From a virus (lineage: Duplodnaviria > Caudoviricetes), in the IMG/VR virus record IMGVR_UViG_3300044797_000084, positions 1 through 53,201 of that record: a stretch of DNA of 53,201 nt. The stretch is one strand, 5' to 3'. Each line of letters opens with the position of its first letter. The first letter of the stretch is position 1. The notes under the pieces were generated by a model. That model was not told the origin of the DNA, searched no databases, and worked only from the letters and a program-made list of their open reading frames with translations. A program made the translations under genes and the position numbers. Shown here piece after piece: positions 44,271 through 52,743 of the stretch.

Positions 44271-44603
44271 ATGAGGAAACGGCTGGAGCCAAAGGACACA
44301 GCCCTCCTGTGGGCGCAGTCCGAGGTTGCCTACTCGCTGAACCTGTTCTTGTTCGGCGTGGATGGCAAGGATGACCCCGGCAAGCTAGACGCAGGCGCGC
44401 GAGAGCTAGCAGCGTTTCTGCTCATGCGCTCAACGAACCAAGCATGGTTCGCCGCGTTGGCTCAGCACGGATGCTCGGGGCGAGAGCCCGATGGCAGCTT
44501 CCCATGCAAGTCCTGCAACGAGATCAGCACGCTTGGGACGGAGCGTCTGTGGCCCGTCCTTTATCCCGAGCTTCCATTCAGCGGGCTCACCCCCAGGACG
44601 TAG
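44271..44603 (+). CDS. Hypothetical protein
   Basis: TAAGCT-7-ATG leaderless start. Confidence 0.55.
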   Translation: MRKRLEPKDTALLWAQSEVAYSLNLFLFGVDGKDDPGKLDAGARELAAFLLMRSTNQAWFAALAQHGCSGREPDGSFPCKSCNEISTLGTERLWPVLYPELPFSGLTPRT

Positions 44604-45207
44604 TGCCCTCTGATCCTCGAAGGGCATGGTCGAGATAGAAGCGGGTCTCTGCGTCGGGCTCGCGCTGATACCAGCCCATGTGCCTGGCTTGGAATGGGGC
44701 GCCCGTGCGGATCGCTTGGTAGCCGAACCCCGTCCCGGCGCGGTAGAGCGCGAACGTGGTGTCGATCAAGCTCCCGTAGACGCCGGGCTCAAGCTGGCGT
44801 GCCTCACAGACCAGCTCCTGCTCGTGGGCGAGTGACGGGATGTCTCCCACGTCGTCCAGGTAGAGGCCGACGCCGGCCTTTGAGAACTGCGGGTAGCGGT
44901 CGAGAAGCTCGTGCAGGTGCTCGACTAGGTCCAGCGGGCAGTCATCGGTTGGGACGACATCAGGGTCTGTGTAGACGTAAGGAGCGTCTGGCACGAGCCC
45001 GGCGTGCCACAGCGCGCGCGAGCCGAGATTGCGCCCCAGCTTGACCACCTTGTGGGGCGACTGCGACAGGTAGTCCAGTAGCGGCGGCCACGAGCTGGCG
45101 TTATCGAGAAGGGTCAGATTGTCGTAGCCCGCGCGCTCTAGCCACTCCACAAGGGCGCGCAGGTCAGTTAGACGATCACGAACATTGATTAGGACCGGGC
45201 AGTCCAT
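44587..45207 (-). CDS. Glycosyltransferase (GT2/GT-A)
   Basis: LLDNASSWPPLL, YVYTDPDV, IDTTFALY. Confidence 0.85.
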   Translation of the reverse strand: MDCPVLINVRDRLTDLRALVEWLERAGYDNLTLLDNASSWPPLLDYLSQSPHKVVKLGRNLGSRALWHAGLVPDAPYVYTDPDVVPTDDCPLDLVEHLHELLDRYPQFSKAGVGLYLDDVGDIPSLAHEQELVCEARQLEPGVYGSLIDTTFALYRAGTGFGYQAIRTGAPFQARHMGWYQREPDAETRFYLDHALRGSEGTTSWG

Positions 45208-45806
45208 AGGTGGTGGCGCCGGTTGAACAGTTCGGTGTCCTCGTCCCAGGCCGCGCGCCCAATCTGATACACCCAGTCGTCCTCGCCCTTCCCGGCCGCA
45301 GGGTGCAGGTGCTCGACGATCGACTCGGGACACTCGACGAGCCGGCCACGGTGGCGGGCGGTCCCGAAAAACTCACCATCGGTGTAGTTATGTCGGTATC
45401 CCTCGTGCAGAATGCCGGGGCCGTCGATCGTGCCGAGGTCCGCGTAGGCGCGTGCGACGAGGGCCATCGTGCCATGCGGGTTGTGCAGGTCGTTGACGAC
45501 GACGACGCCCTCATCCATCACCGCGAGTGCTGCGGAAAGCCAGCCCGAGTGGAACAGCACATCCTCGGCACCGAGGAACAGGCAGGGCTCGCTCGTCTCT
45601 CGGTAGCCGAGGTTGATGCGCTTCGCCCATGAGCCGCCCTCGTCACGGATCACCTGCGCGCCCGTGAGCTGCGCGAAGTCGGCGACCTCTCCGGTTGCGA
45701 TCAGGTAGACGGTATGCGGCTCGGGGGTCGCCTGCTCGATGTTCTCCACCAGCGGGGCGAGCTTCGCCGGGCGCATCGCCGGGATCAGGATGGCGGTGCT
45801 ATCCAC
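45189..45806 (-). CDS. Glycosyltransferase (GT2-like)
   Basis: ILIP..RP, INLGY, LFLGAEDV, HEGYRHNYTD.E, VEHLHP. Confidence 0.85.
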   Translation of the reverse strand: MDSTAILIPAMRPAKLAPLVENIEQATPEPHTVYLIATGEVADFAQLTGAQVIRDEGGSWAKRINLGYRETSEPCLFLGAEDVLFHSGWLSAALAVMDEGVVVVNDLHNPHGTMALVARAYADLGTIDGPGILHEGYRHNYTDGEFFGTARHRGRLVECPESIVEHLHPAAGKGEDDWVYQIGRAAWDEDTELFNRRHHLWTARS

Positions 45807-46404
45807 AGATCTGCCCTGGGGTCTTGCCGTAGGTCCAGGTGGCGACGGGCACACAGCGGAACATCGGGTAGCCAGACACAAGGCGCTGCCAGAGTGCCCA
45901 ATCCTCCCACCTTGCGTTGGTCCCTGCGTAGTGGCCGCCCTCCCATGGTCCCGGCCCCTCCCAGTCGGTCGGGAAGCCGCCAGCCTGCTCAAGCAGCGAG
46001 AGACGGATCAGGCAGTTGCCATCGATGAAGTTCGTCTCGGCGAACGTCTCGGCGAGCTTCTCATGCGACCAATCGTTGCAATCGACTCGGGGCTTTGAGC
46101 CGCTCGCGTCGTAGGTGTAAACGACATCGGCGTCGTGGAGGTGGGGGAGCACCGTCTCGACGTGGTGCGGCAACCAGGAGTCGTCGTCGTTGAGGACCGC
46201 AACCCAGGGCGTCCTGACGGCAGGCAGCAGCGAGTTCTTGGCCCGTGCGTACTGCACCATTGGCTCGTCGTCGCCGACCGGATGCGAGCAGACGAGCTGG
46301 GCCGTGACAGGGATGGTCTGGGCGTTGACTGAGGCGATGTTCTCGGCCAGCAGTGCCTCGCGGCCCTTGATGGTGGCCGTCAGGACTGTGATCGGGGCCT
46401 GCAT
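45799..46404 (-). CDS. Glycosyltransferase (GT2)
   Basis: SV.AQT, VRTPWVAVLNDDD, EDWALW. Confidence 0.88.
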   Translation of the reverse strand: MQAPITVLTATIKGREALLAENIASVNAQTIPVTAQLVCSHPVGDDEPMVQYARAKNSLLPAVRTPWVAVLNDDDSWLPHHVETVLPHLHDADVVYTYDASGSKPRVDCNDWSHEKLAETFAETNFIDGNCLIRLSLLEQAGGFPTDWEGPGPWEGGHYAGTNARWEDWALWQRLVSGYPMFRCVPVATWTYGKTPGQICG

Positions 46405-47117
46405 GTGCTCCTGCTCGGGATCGGGTCATACACGGTCGGCACGGCCAGCCATGCCTCGTACTCTGCGCGGAGCTCGTCAGGGGCCATCCCTTCCAAGCGG
46501 GTGTGGTGGCTGGCGTCGCCGCGCGCGCGAGCGGCCGGGTCCAGCGTGGCGTTGCGTTCGCTGACCTTACGCAGGAAGTGCTCGAAGCCTCGGTAGTGCA
46601 GCTCGCGGATCTCGAGGACGTTGACCAGCGTCGTGAGGCCAAGGTCGCTGACGGCGTGGTTGCCGTTGGTCAGCACCCGGCCGGGGCGCGGACGGAAGGC
46701 GATCTTGCCCAGGCGCTCGGGCTCGACACGCCGATGATTCCAGTCATGGTGGAGGTAGCGTTTGACGTGAAGCGTGTCGTAGGGGCAGCCGGTGAGCAAC
46801 GCCGCGATGGACTCGCCGTTCGTCGTGGCCCAGAACTCATCGATGTCGGAGGCGAGCACCCAGTCTGCACCGGCCTGGCGCGCGCGCTCCGCGAGCTCGT
46901 TCATCAGCTCGGGCTGGCGATGGATCGGGCCGGGTGCGTCCTGCCAGTAGACGCAGCCCCTCTCGCGGGCCAAACGGATCAGCCTCCCGCGGGTGCCCTC
47001 GCCAGGGTCCGAGCTGTCGGCGACGAGGATTAGGTCGACGCCCTCGGCGAGCATGTGTCGCAGCGAGCACTCGACGATATCCGACTCATTCTTCGACGTA
47101 TAGATGGCGGCGATCAC
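46380..47117 (-). CDS. Glycosyltransferase (Glyco_tranf_2_4-like)
   Basis: KNESDIV..HML..GVD, DWVL.SDIDEFW, GNH, HY.R. Confidence 0.85.
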   Translation of the reverse strand: MIAAIYTSKNESDIVECSLRHMLAEGVDLILVADSSDPGEGTRGRLIRLARERGCVYWQDAPGPIHRQPELMNELAERARQAGADWVLASDIDEFWATTNGESIAALLTGCPYDTLHVKRYLHHDWNHRRVEPERLGKIAFRPRPGRVLTNGNHAVSDLGLTTLVNVLEIRELHYRGFEHFLRKVSERNATLDPAARARGDASHHTRLEGMAPDELRAEYEAWLAVPTVYDPIPSRSTCRPRSQS

Positions 47118-47800
47118 GGCACCGCAACCACGTGCTCCCAACCCCCGAGCCGGCCCTCCAGCTCCGAGAAGCCAGCGAACCACGCCGGGTCAACAGGGTT
47201 AGGCCAGAACGGCTCGTGTGTGGAGAGATGCAGCGGGACGCCCTTGGCGGCGAGGAACGGGGCGACGCTCTCCAAGACGAGCGCCTCCGATCCCTCGATG
47301 TCCATCTTGACCAGGCAGCAGTCCTCGATCTGGTAGTCGGCGAAGATCCGCTGCAACGTGAAGCACGGCACCGTCTCGCTTTTCTCGCTGTCGGCGTAGC
47401 GGAGCACCGAGGACATCGAGGATGCCCAGCCTTGGGGGTGGCTGGAGATCGTGCAGGTGCCGTCGTAGTCGGCGACCGCGGCGCGCACGCAGCGGACCTT
47501 GCCGGGCACGTTGCGCTCGCAGTGACGGACGAGATACTCGTAGGCGACGGGGTCGGGCTCGACAGCGACCACGTTCGCGCCGTGGCGCGCGGCCCACATC
47601 GACAGAGCACCGATGCACGCGCCGAGATCCACGAACGTCTGGCCGGGCTTGACGAACCGGGCCATCACGTCCAGCGTGTCGCGCTCCCAGTTATCGGCGC
47701 CCCATTCGTTCCAAAAGCCGGGGGTCGGGCCTTCGGTGTAAGGCGGGTCGAAGGGCGGTTCGTCTACGTCCCAGGTGACGCCGCGTCTGGTGATCTTCAT
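47114..47800 (-). CDS. FkbM-family SAM methyltransferase
   Basis: FVDLGACIG, VAVEPDP, LVKMDIEGSE. Confidence 0.92.
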   Translation of the reverse strand: MKITRRGVTWDVDEPPFDPPYTEGPTPGFWNEWGADNWERDTLDVMARFVKPGQTFVDLGACIGALSMWAARHGANVVAVEPDPVAYEYLVRHCERNVPGKVRCVRAAVADYDGTCTISSHPQGWASSMSSVLRYADSEKSETVPCFTLQRIFADYQIEDCCLVKMDIEGSEALVLESVAPFLAAKGVPLHLSTHEPFWPNPVDPAWFAGFSELEGRLGGWEHVVAVP

Positions 47801-48345
47801 GTCGCCGGGACCCCTCTCACTGTCTCGCCCGCGGGCACGTCATGGATCACCACGGCGCCGGCGGCGATCGTTGCCCCGTCGCCGATCTTCAGCAGGTTGC
47901 AGATCGTGGCGCCCGCGCCGATGAACACGGCCTCGCCGATCTCCACGTCGCCGCAAATCGTCACGCCCGGGGCGATCGTCGTGAACGCCCCGACGGAGCA
48001 GCGGGTGAGCGTGGACGCATAGTTGATGTGGACGTGCTGGCCGAGGGTCGCCTCCCTGAGCAGGATGGCGTTCGGGGCGATGACGCAGCCGATGTCGATC
48101 TCGCTGTCGGGGTTGACGATGGCCGCCGGGTCGATCAGCGAATCTGCGGCATGCGGCCAGCGTTGTGCGACCTGCTGTCTGGTCTGGGGGTCGTTGACCG
48201 CGATCAGTACGGCTGGGCCCGCACCACCCCAAGGGAATGATCTCAGGACCGTCTCATCGAGCACCGATAGCTTGCGTCCACATCGCTCGGCGACGGCTTG
48301 GATGTCCCGGCTGTGCGAGCCGGTCCCGATCAGCACGTCTACCAT
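47797..48345 (-). CDS. Sugar acetyltransferase (NeuD/PglD-like, left-handed beta-helix)
   Basis: G.G.H N-terminus, hexapeptide repeats, AGAVVIHDVP...VRGVPA. Confidence 0.9.
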   Translation of the reverse strand: MVDVLIGTGSHSRDIQAVAERCGRKLSVLDETVLRSFPWGGAGPAVLIAVNDPQTRQQVAQRWPHAADSLIDPAAIVNPDSEIDIGCVIAPNAILLREATLGQHVHINYASTLTRCSVGAFTTIAPGVTICGDVEIGEAVFIGAGATICNLLKIGDGATIAAGAVVIHDVPAGETVRGVPAT

Positions 48346-49013
48346 CGATAGCCCTCCGATCGACGGACGCCGATGTGCTCGCACCGCGGGGCGTCCTTGC
48401 GCGCGCCGAGGTAGGCGAATGAATAGCCGTGCGCGAGCAGCGTGTCGGTGATGCCGCGCTCAAGGCCGTCGCCGGGCTCGGCCAACGCCAGCTCGATCGC
48501 CTCGCGCCGGATCAAGCTGGGATTCAGGCTGAACAGCCGCCGGTGTTCGACAAAGCCCTGACGGTCGGTGTACTCGTTCGGGGCGACCTCGATCTGGCCG
48601 CCGGCGGCGATCTCCTGCTCGCCCCATGGCTGGCGCTTGAGCACCACCTGGGCTAGATGCGGGTTCTCGTCGAGCAGTCGGGCCATGCCCGCCAGGTCCA
48701 CGGGCTCGCGGTAGATGAAGTCGTCCTCGGCGTGGAAGACGTAGCGAGCGGGGGTTGCGAGTGCCAGCGTCCAGGCCAAGCGGACGGCGGCAGCGAGCCC
48801 GCGACGCGACGAGTGCGGACAGATCGTGAAGTCCGGTTCGTAGCGCCGATGCAGCATGATGCTGTAGGCCGAGTCGCCCGAGTCATCGACCACGACGCGC
48901 CACTCGGGCCACGGGTTCAGCGAGACGCGCAGACTGTCGATGGCCTGGAGCAGATAGTCGCCGCGGCCGTCCGTGGTGACGGTCAGAGCGAATGCCAAGG
49001 CGGCATCCCGCAC
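48339..49013 (-). CDS. Glycosyltransferase (GT2)
   Basis: VVVDDSGD, YVFHAEDDF, FSLNPSL, EHIG. Confidence 0.88.
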   Translation of the reverse strand: MRDAALAFALTVTTDGRGDYLLQAIDSLRVSLNPWPEWRVVVDDSGDSAYSIMLHRRYEPDFTICPHSSRRGLAAAVRLAWTLALATPARYVFHAEDDFIYREPVDLAGMARLLDENPHLAQVVLKRQPWGEQEIAAGGQIEVAPNEYTDRQGFVEHRRLFSLNPSLIRREAIELALAEPGDGLERGITDTLLAHGYSFAYLGARKDAPRCEHIGVRRSEGYRW

Positions 49014-49017
49014 CGGA

Positions 49018-49513
49018 TCATCCAGGCAAGCTCTCAGACGAGAGCTCCTTCATGGCCTGCACGATGAAGTCCAGGCAGCGTTGCTGTCGTTCGCGCTCTC
49101 GCTGTCGCCGCCCGCAGCGCCAGCGGATCAATGCTGCCACCCGTCTCATCAGATCGAGCCTTCCGACACGCGCCGCAGCGCGAGCCGTGCCGTGCGCAGG
49201 TTCGCCTCCGCCCGCTCCTTCGTAGCCTGGGCACGGTCGAAGACCTCCGCTGCTTGCGCGTGCTGGCGTACGGCGTCCTGGAACTGGCGCAGCGCTTCCT
49301 GCTGGTGCTTCTCCTGTGCCGTGGGCCTGCCGAGCTTCACGCTGGCCTCCAACGGCCAAGGCCCTCGCACCAGTTCCGCACGCCAGCGAAGATGCGCTCG
49401 ATGGCCGTCTCCAGTTCGACGACTGTCATCTCGTCTCTGATGAAGCACTCGCGTGCCTGCGCCAGCGCCCAGTCTTGCGCGCGCTCGCGCTCAATGAGCG
49501 GGTGCGCCCTCAC
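49018..49513 (-). CDS. Three small coupled ORFs (49337-49513, 49149-49340, 49018-49149)
   Basis: GTGA/TGATG overlaps filling the gap in the GT operon. Confidence 0.45.
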
Positions 49514-50037
49514 CGCCAGCATCCGTGCGCCGGCGCGATCGCCCAGGGTGCCGATGGCGAGAACTCGTCCCTGATGTGCCTCAGCGGTGGCCCATGCACA
49601 TGCATCGTCTCGCCTCCAGGATTCAACACATGGGACTGTAGCCAGGTATCCAGTCGGCACCAATGCTTAGGTTCGTGCCCCTCGTCGGATAGCTCGGCGA
49701 TCGTGTCGAGCGCGTCCGGGTATCGGGCGAGCAGCGCGGCCGAGAACTTCGCGCACGAGAGCCCCGCATACAGCCGGCCGACGTAGGGCACCTGGAACGA
49801 GCACCATGGGTGGTGACACTGCTCAAGCTCGTCGAGAGAGTCGGGGCGGACAACTACGTCCTGCTCGACGTTGATGAAGCTGGCGCCCTTCGCCCAAAGT
49901 CCCGCCAGTAGCTCCCAGTACGCCTCGTCGCTCCCGGACACATCGACGAACGCCACATCCCAGCCTGCGAGTGCCTGGACTACCTCGGGGCGTAGCCGGG
50001 TGTAGGGCTGAACGACGGGAGTCTCGTGGCCCCGCAT
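49510..50037 (-). CDS. Glycosyltransferase-like (minimal GT-A) protein
   Basis: FINVEQDVV, GLSCAKFS, W..LD; AGGAGG RBS. Confidence 0.65.
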   Translation of the reverse strand: MRGHETPVVQPYTRLRPEVVQALAGWDVAFVDVSGSDEAYWELLAGLWAKGASFINVEQDVVVRPDSLDELEQCHHPWCSFQVPYVGRLYAGLSCAKFSAALLARYPDALDTIAELSDEGHEPKHWCRLDTWLQSHVLNPGGETMHVHGPPLRHIRDEFSPSAPWAIAPAHGCWR

Positions 50038-50055
50038 CGCACCTCCTACGCCAGC

Positions 50056-50679
50056 TCATACGAACAGCTCCGCCGCCGGCCATCCTTTGTTCAGGTCCTT
50101 CACGGTCGGCTGGCCCAGCCCAATCCACCGCTCAGCATCGAACCGTGATCGTGTCGAAGGCTCAGGCAACGTGCGCAGGTAGTCGCAGCGGGCCATCCAG
50201 AAGTTGCCGCCGAAGAACGGGGTGCCGTCGGAGAACTCCTGCTCGAAGCCTTTGGGACCGTAGACCTCGCGGGTGAGCCAGTGGCAGCCCACAGCGTCGA
50301 AGCGCTCAAGGTGCTTGAGGTTGATCCGCCAATCGCGCACGACCAGCTTCGTCATGCTCCGGCGCCATTTGGCCCGGAAGTCCGTCACGTCCTGGGCACC
50401 CTTGGTGTGGGCGTAACAAACCGCGCCATCATGCTCCAAGGCGTACTCGCGGACTGCTTTCAGCGTGACCTGCTCGAAGCCTTCATCGGCCTCGACTGCT
50501 ACGCGCACGTCCAGCGGGTCGAAGGCGTCGCGCGCCGCGTCGCGCCAGAGCTTCGCCCCCACCAAGCCGAGATAGACCGGGGCGCTCCAGTCAGCGGCGA
50601 GCAGTGCGTCTACATGCTCTAGGACGGGCTCGGTCCAGGAGCCGCCTGTAAAGCAGTGGTAGAAGTGCGCGACGTTCAA
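50056..50679 (-). CDS. Glycosyltransferase-like protein (YxHTKG...GNFW family)
   Basis: FEQVTL, YAHTKG, WRRSM, FFGGNFWMAR, R..AE.WI. Confidence 0.7.
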   Translation of the reverse strand: MNVAHFYHCFTGGSWTEPVLEHVDALLAADWSAPVYLGLVGAKLWRDAARDAFDPLDVRVAVEADEGFEQVTLKAVREYALEHDGAVCYAHTKGAQDVTDFRAKWRRSMTKLVVRDWRINLKHLERFDAVGCHWLTREVYGPKGFEQEFSDGTPFFGGNFWMARCDYLRTLPEPSTRSRFDAERWIGLGQPTVKDLNKGWPAAELFV

Positions 50680-50718
50680 GCGGGCGGTCGTTGGGCTGAC
50701 TCCATGGTGCCGGTTCTC

Positions 50719-51480
50719 CTATCGGTGGAAGTGCTCGACACCGACGAGGTTACCGTCAGCATCGGGTTTCCAATGCACGTGCACTCGCTCATCGACTGCT
50801 TGGAACACCGCGATGTCCACGAACTGCCAGGTCTGCTCAGGCAACGGCCGCACGCGCGCGCTCGGCTCGATCTTGCAGAACCCGATCCCGCCGAAGTCCG
50901 CCCACTCGTCTCCCGTCTCGATCCACACTCCGCCGCACGGGGGCTGTTTCCCGGTGCGGTGAGCCCAATGCGGGCCGCCCGACGGAATCCCCAGCCAGTA
51001 GGCCCAGGTCCCGAGTGCACAGTCGCAGTCGAGAAGCTGCTGGATCAGGTCGTCTGAGACCTCATGGTCGTGCTCCACGTTGATGATTGTTCGGTCGGAG
51101 TCCCACCAGCGCGCGACCCCGGCGTGGTAGTCGAGCGGGTCCTCGCAGCAGATCGGCACGACCTCGAAGCGCTGCGACTCGAAGATCGGCTCATCGGGCA
51201 AGTGGCTGGCGAGAACAACCGGCTCGGACATTCGCCCGAACCTTGCCACACCGCACCACACCCGACCACACCCGACCGTGCCATGCCCCGCCTTGCCCGA
51301 CCTGAGCACGCCGTATGAAGGATCCAGACGGGTGACGCGAACCAATGGGAGTGGCTCAGCTCGTCTGGCCTGCGGGTCATCGGCAACGTCTGACCCGTTC
51401 GGCACGTACCGCCCGCTTGGGGGATTGTGGCACCGGAGATATGCCAGCCCAATACGCGCCTTCTCGTCAGCAGTCAACAT
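50719..51480 (-). CDS. Glycosyltransferase-like protein, paralog of 49510; alternative start at 51231
   Basis: IINVEHD, GIGFCKI, W..VD; GGGAGGG RBS before 51480. Confidence 0.6.
   Translation of the reverse strand: MLTADEKARIGLAYLRCHNPPSGRYVPNGSDVADDPQARRAEPLPLVRVTRLDPSYGVLRSGKAGHGTVGCGRVWCGVARFGRMSEPVVLASHLPDEPIFESQRFEVVPICCEDPLDYHAGVARWWDSDRTIINVEHDHEVSDDLIQQLLDCDCALGTWAYWLGIPSGGPHWAHRTGKQPPCGGVWIETGDEWADFGGIGFCKIEPSARVRPLPEQTWQFVDIAVFQAVDERVHVHWKPDADGNLVGVEHFHR
51236..51305. repeat. Degenerate pentamer array (CCNNN)x14, i.e. GGNNN on the coding strand
   Basis: CC dinucleotide at exact 5-nt spacing from 51236 to 51301. Confidence 0.9.
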
Positions 51481-51502
51481 ACGGCCCTCCCGTGGTTGTC
51501 GG

Positions 51503-51733
51503 TTACAGGCCGGCGCGCTGCCAGAGTTGCCAGGCTGGTACGCCGAGCGCTTTGGAGACGGTCATGATCGTCTCGATGGTCATGTTGTATTCGCCGCGCT
51601 CTAGGGCGCCGTAGTAGGAGCGGTCGATGTTGGCCTTGAGGGCGAAGGATTCTTGTGTGTAGCCCTTCTCGGCTCGTGTCGCGCGGAATGCTTTGCCGAG
51701 GGCGCGGCTGGATTTGGTCTTCTTGCGCGACAC
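51503..51733 (-). CDS. XRE HTH regulator A
   Basis: TQESFA..A.IDRSYYGALERGE.N. Confidence 0.92.
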   Translation of the reverse strand: MSRKKTKSSRALGKAFRATRAEKGYTQESFALKANIDRSYYGALERGEYNMTIETIMTVSKALGVPAWQLWQRAGL

Positions 51734-51805
51734 CGCGAGAAGCCTGTCCGAACGACGCGCCTTATTCCACTGTGTTTAGCTACACCTGGCATAGCTCCCA
51801 CGCGG

Positions 51806-52009
51806 CTACCCTTGGACGAGTTGCAGTCGCTGGCGGCGCTCCCAGGCGCGTTGATCCTCGCGGCATTGGTCAGCTTCGCGTTTGCAGAGCAGGTAGAACC
51901 GTTGGGCGGCTTCATCGCGTCGAAGGTGGGCGTCGCGCAGCTCGTCTTCGGCGTGTTGTAGCTCAGCCATCGCCCGCAGCTCGGCGCTGCTCATCGGGCG
52001 AGCAGGCAT
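51806..52009 (-). CDS. Small coiled-coil protein
   Basis: Follows 52013-52258. Confidence 0.5.
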   Translation of the reverse strand: MPARPMSSAELRAMAELQHAEDELRDAHLRRDEAAQRFYLLCKREADQCREDQRAWERRQRLQLVQG

Positions 52010-52012
52010 CCG

Positions 52013-52258
52013 CTAGACGGCGATCAGGTCGAGTTGTTCGAGGCAGGCCAGTGCGGGGGTCGCCACGACGCGCTCGCCACTCGTGGTCAACACGCCAGCC
52101 TCGACTAGGCCGTCGATCGCGGCATCGACTACGGCGGGTTCGTAGTGGCCGAGGTGCCGATACAGCGCGGGGCGGGTCCGTCCTCGTGCCCGCGTCAACA
52201 TGCCGATGACGACCAGGCGTTCGGCGTTGTCGCGCGTCTGCTTGGATTCTCGGAACAT
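52013..52258 (-). CDS. Small winged-helix-like protein
   Basis: V..AI..L.EAGV...VVATPA; similar to 23160-23420. Confidence 0.6.
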   Translation of the reverse strand: MFRESKQTRDNAERLVVIGMLTRARGRTRPALYRHLGHYEPAVVDAAIDGLVEAGVLTTSGERVVATPALACLEQLDLIAV

Positions 52259-52330
52259 GAGCGCAGGGAACTAGACCCCGTGGAACCCTACATGGTGGAA
52301 CAAGAGGCGTCAATCGGAAAAGATCGCTAG

Positions 52331-52561
52331 ATGCCGCCGAAGAAGTCCAAGGCCAACCGCGCGCTAGGCGAAGCGATCCGCGCCATCCGCAGCGACCAGG
52401 GCGAGACGCAGGAATCCTTCGCCATCAAAGCGGGGATCGACCGCAGCTATTACGGAGCGTTGGAGCGAGGCGAGTTCAACATGACCGTAGACACGCTGAT
52501 GAGCGTGGCCGATGGCCTGGGCGTCTCGGCCTGGGAGATTTGGAAGCGCGCAAGGCTCTAG
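52331..52561 (+). CDS. XRE HTH regulator B
   Basis: 49/76 identical to A by hand alignment. Confidence 0.92.
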   Translation: MPPKKSKANRALGEAIRAIRSDQGETQESFAIKAGIDRSYYGALERGEFNMTVDTLMSVADGLGVSAWEIWKRARL

Positions 52562-52707
52562 CGCGCAGGCTTCGGCGTCTGCTTGCGCGTCGAGTCCTCA
52601 GACTCCGGCTCGACCTTCAAGAGCGCCCGCAGCGCGACCTCGGGATCAAGGTCGATCTTGACCGGCTCGTCCATGTCGCGCGCCTTTGGCTTCTTGTCCT
52701 CGGGCAT
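52558..52707 (-). CDS. 49-aa protein (DPEVALRALLKV motif)
   Basis: TATCGT shortly before the ATG. Confidence 0.5.
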   Translation of the reverse strand: MPEDKKPKARDMDEPVKIDLDPEVALRALLKVEPESEDSTRKQTPKPAR

Positions 52708-52743
52708 CGCTCCAGACGATAGCGGCGGTATAGGCTCGCGCTG

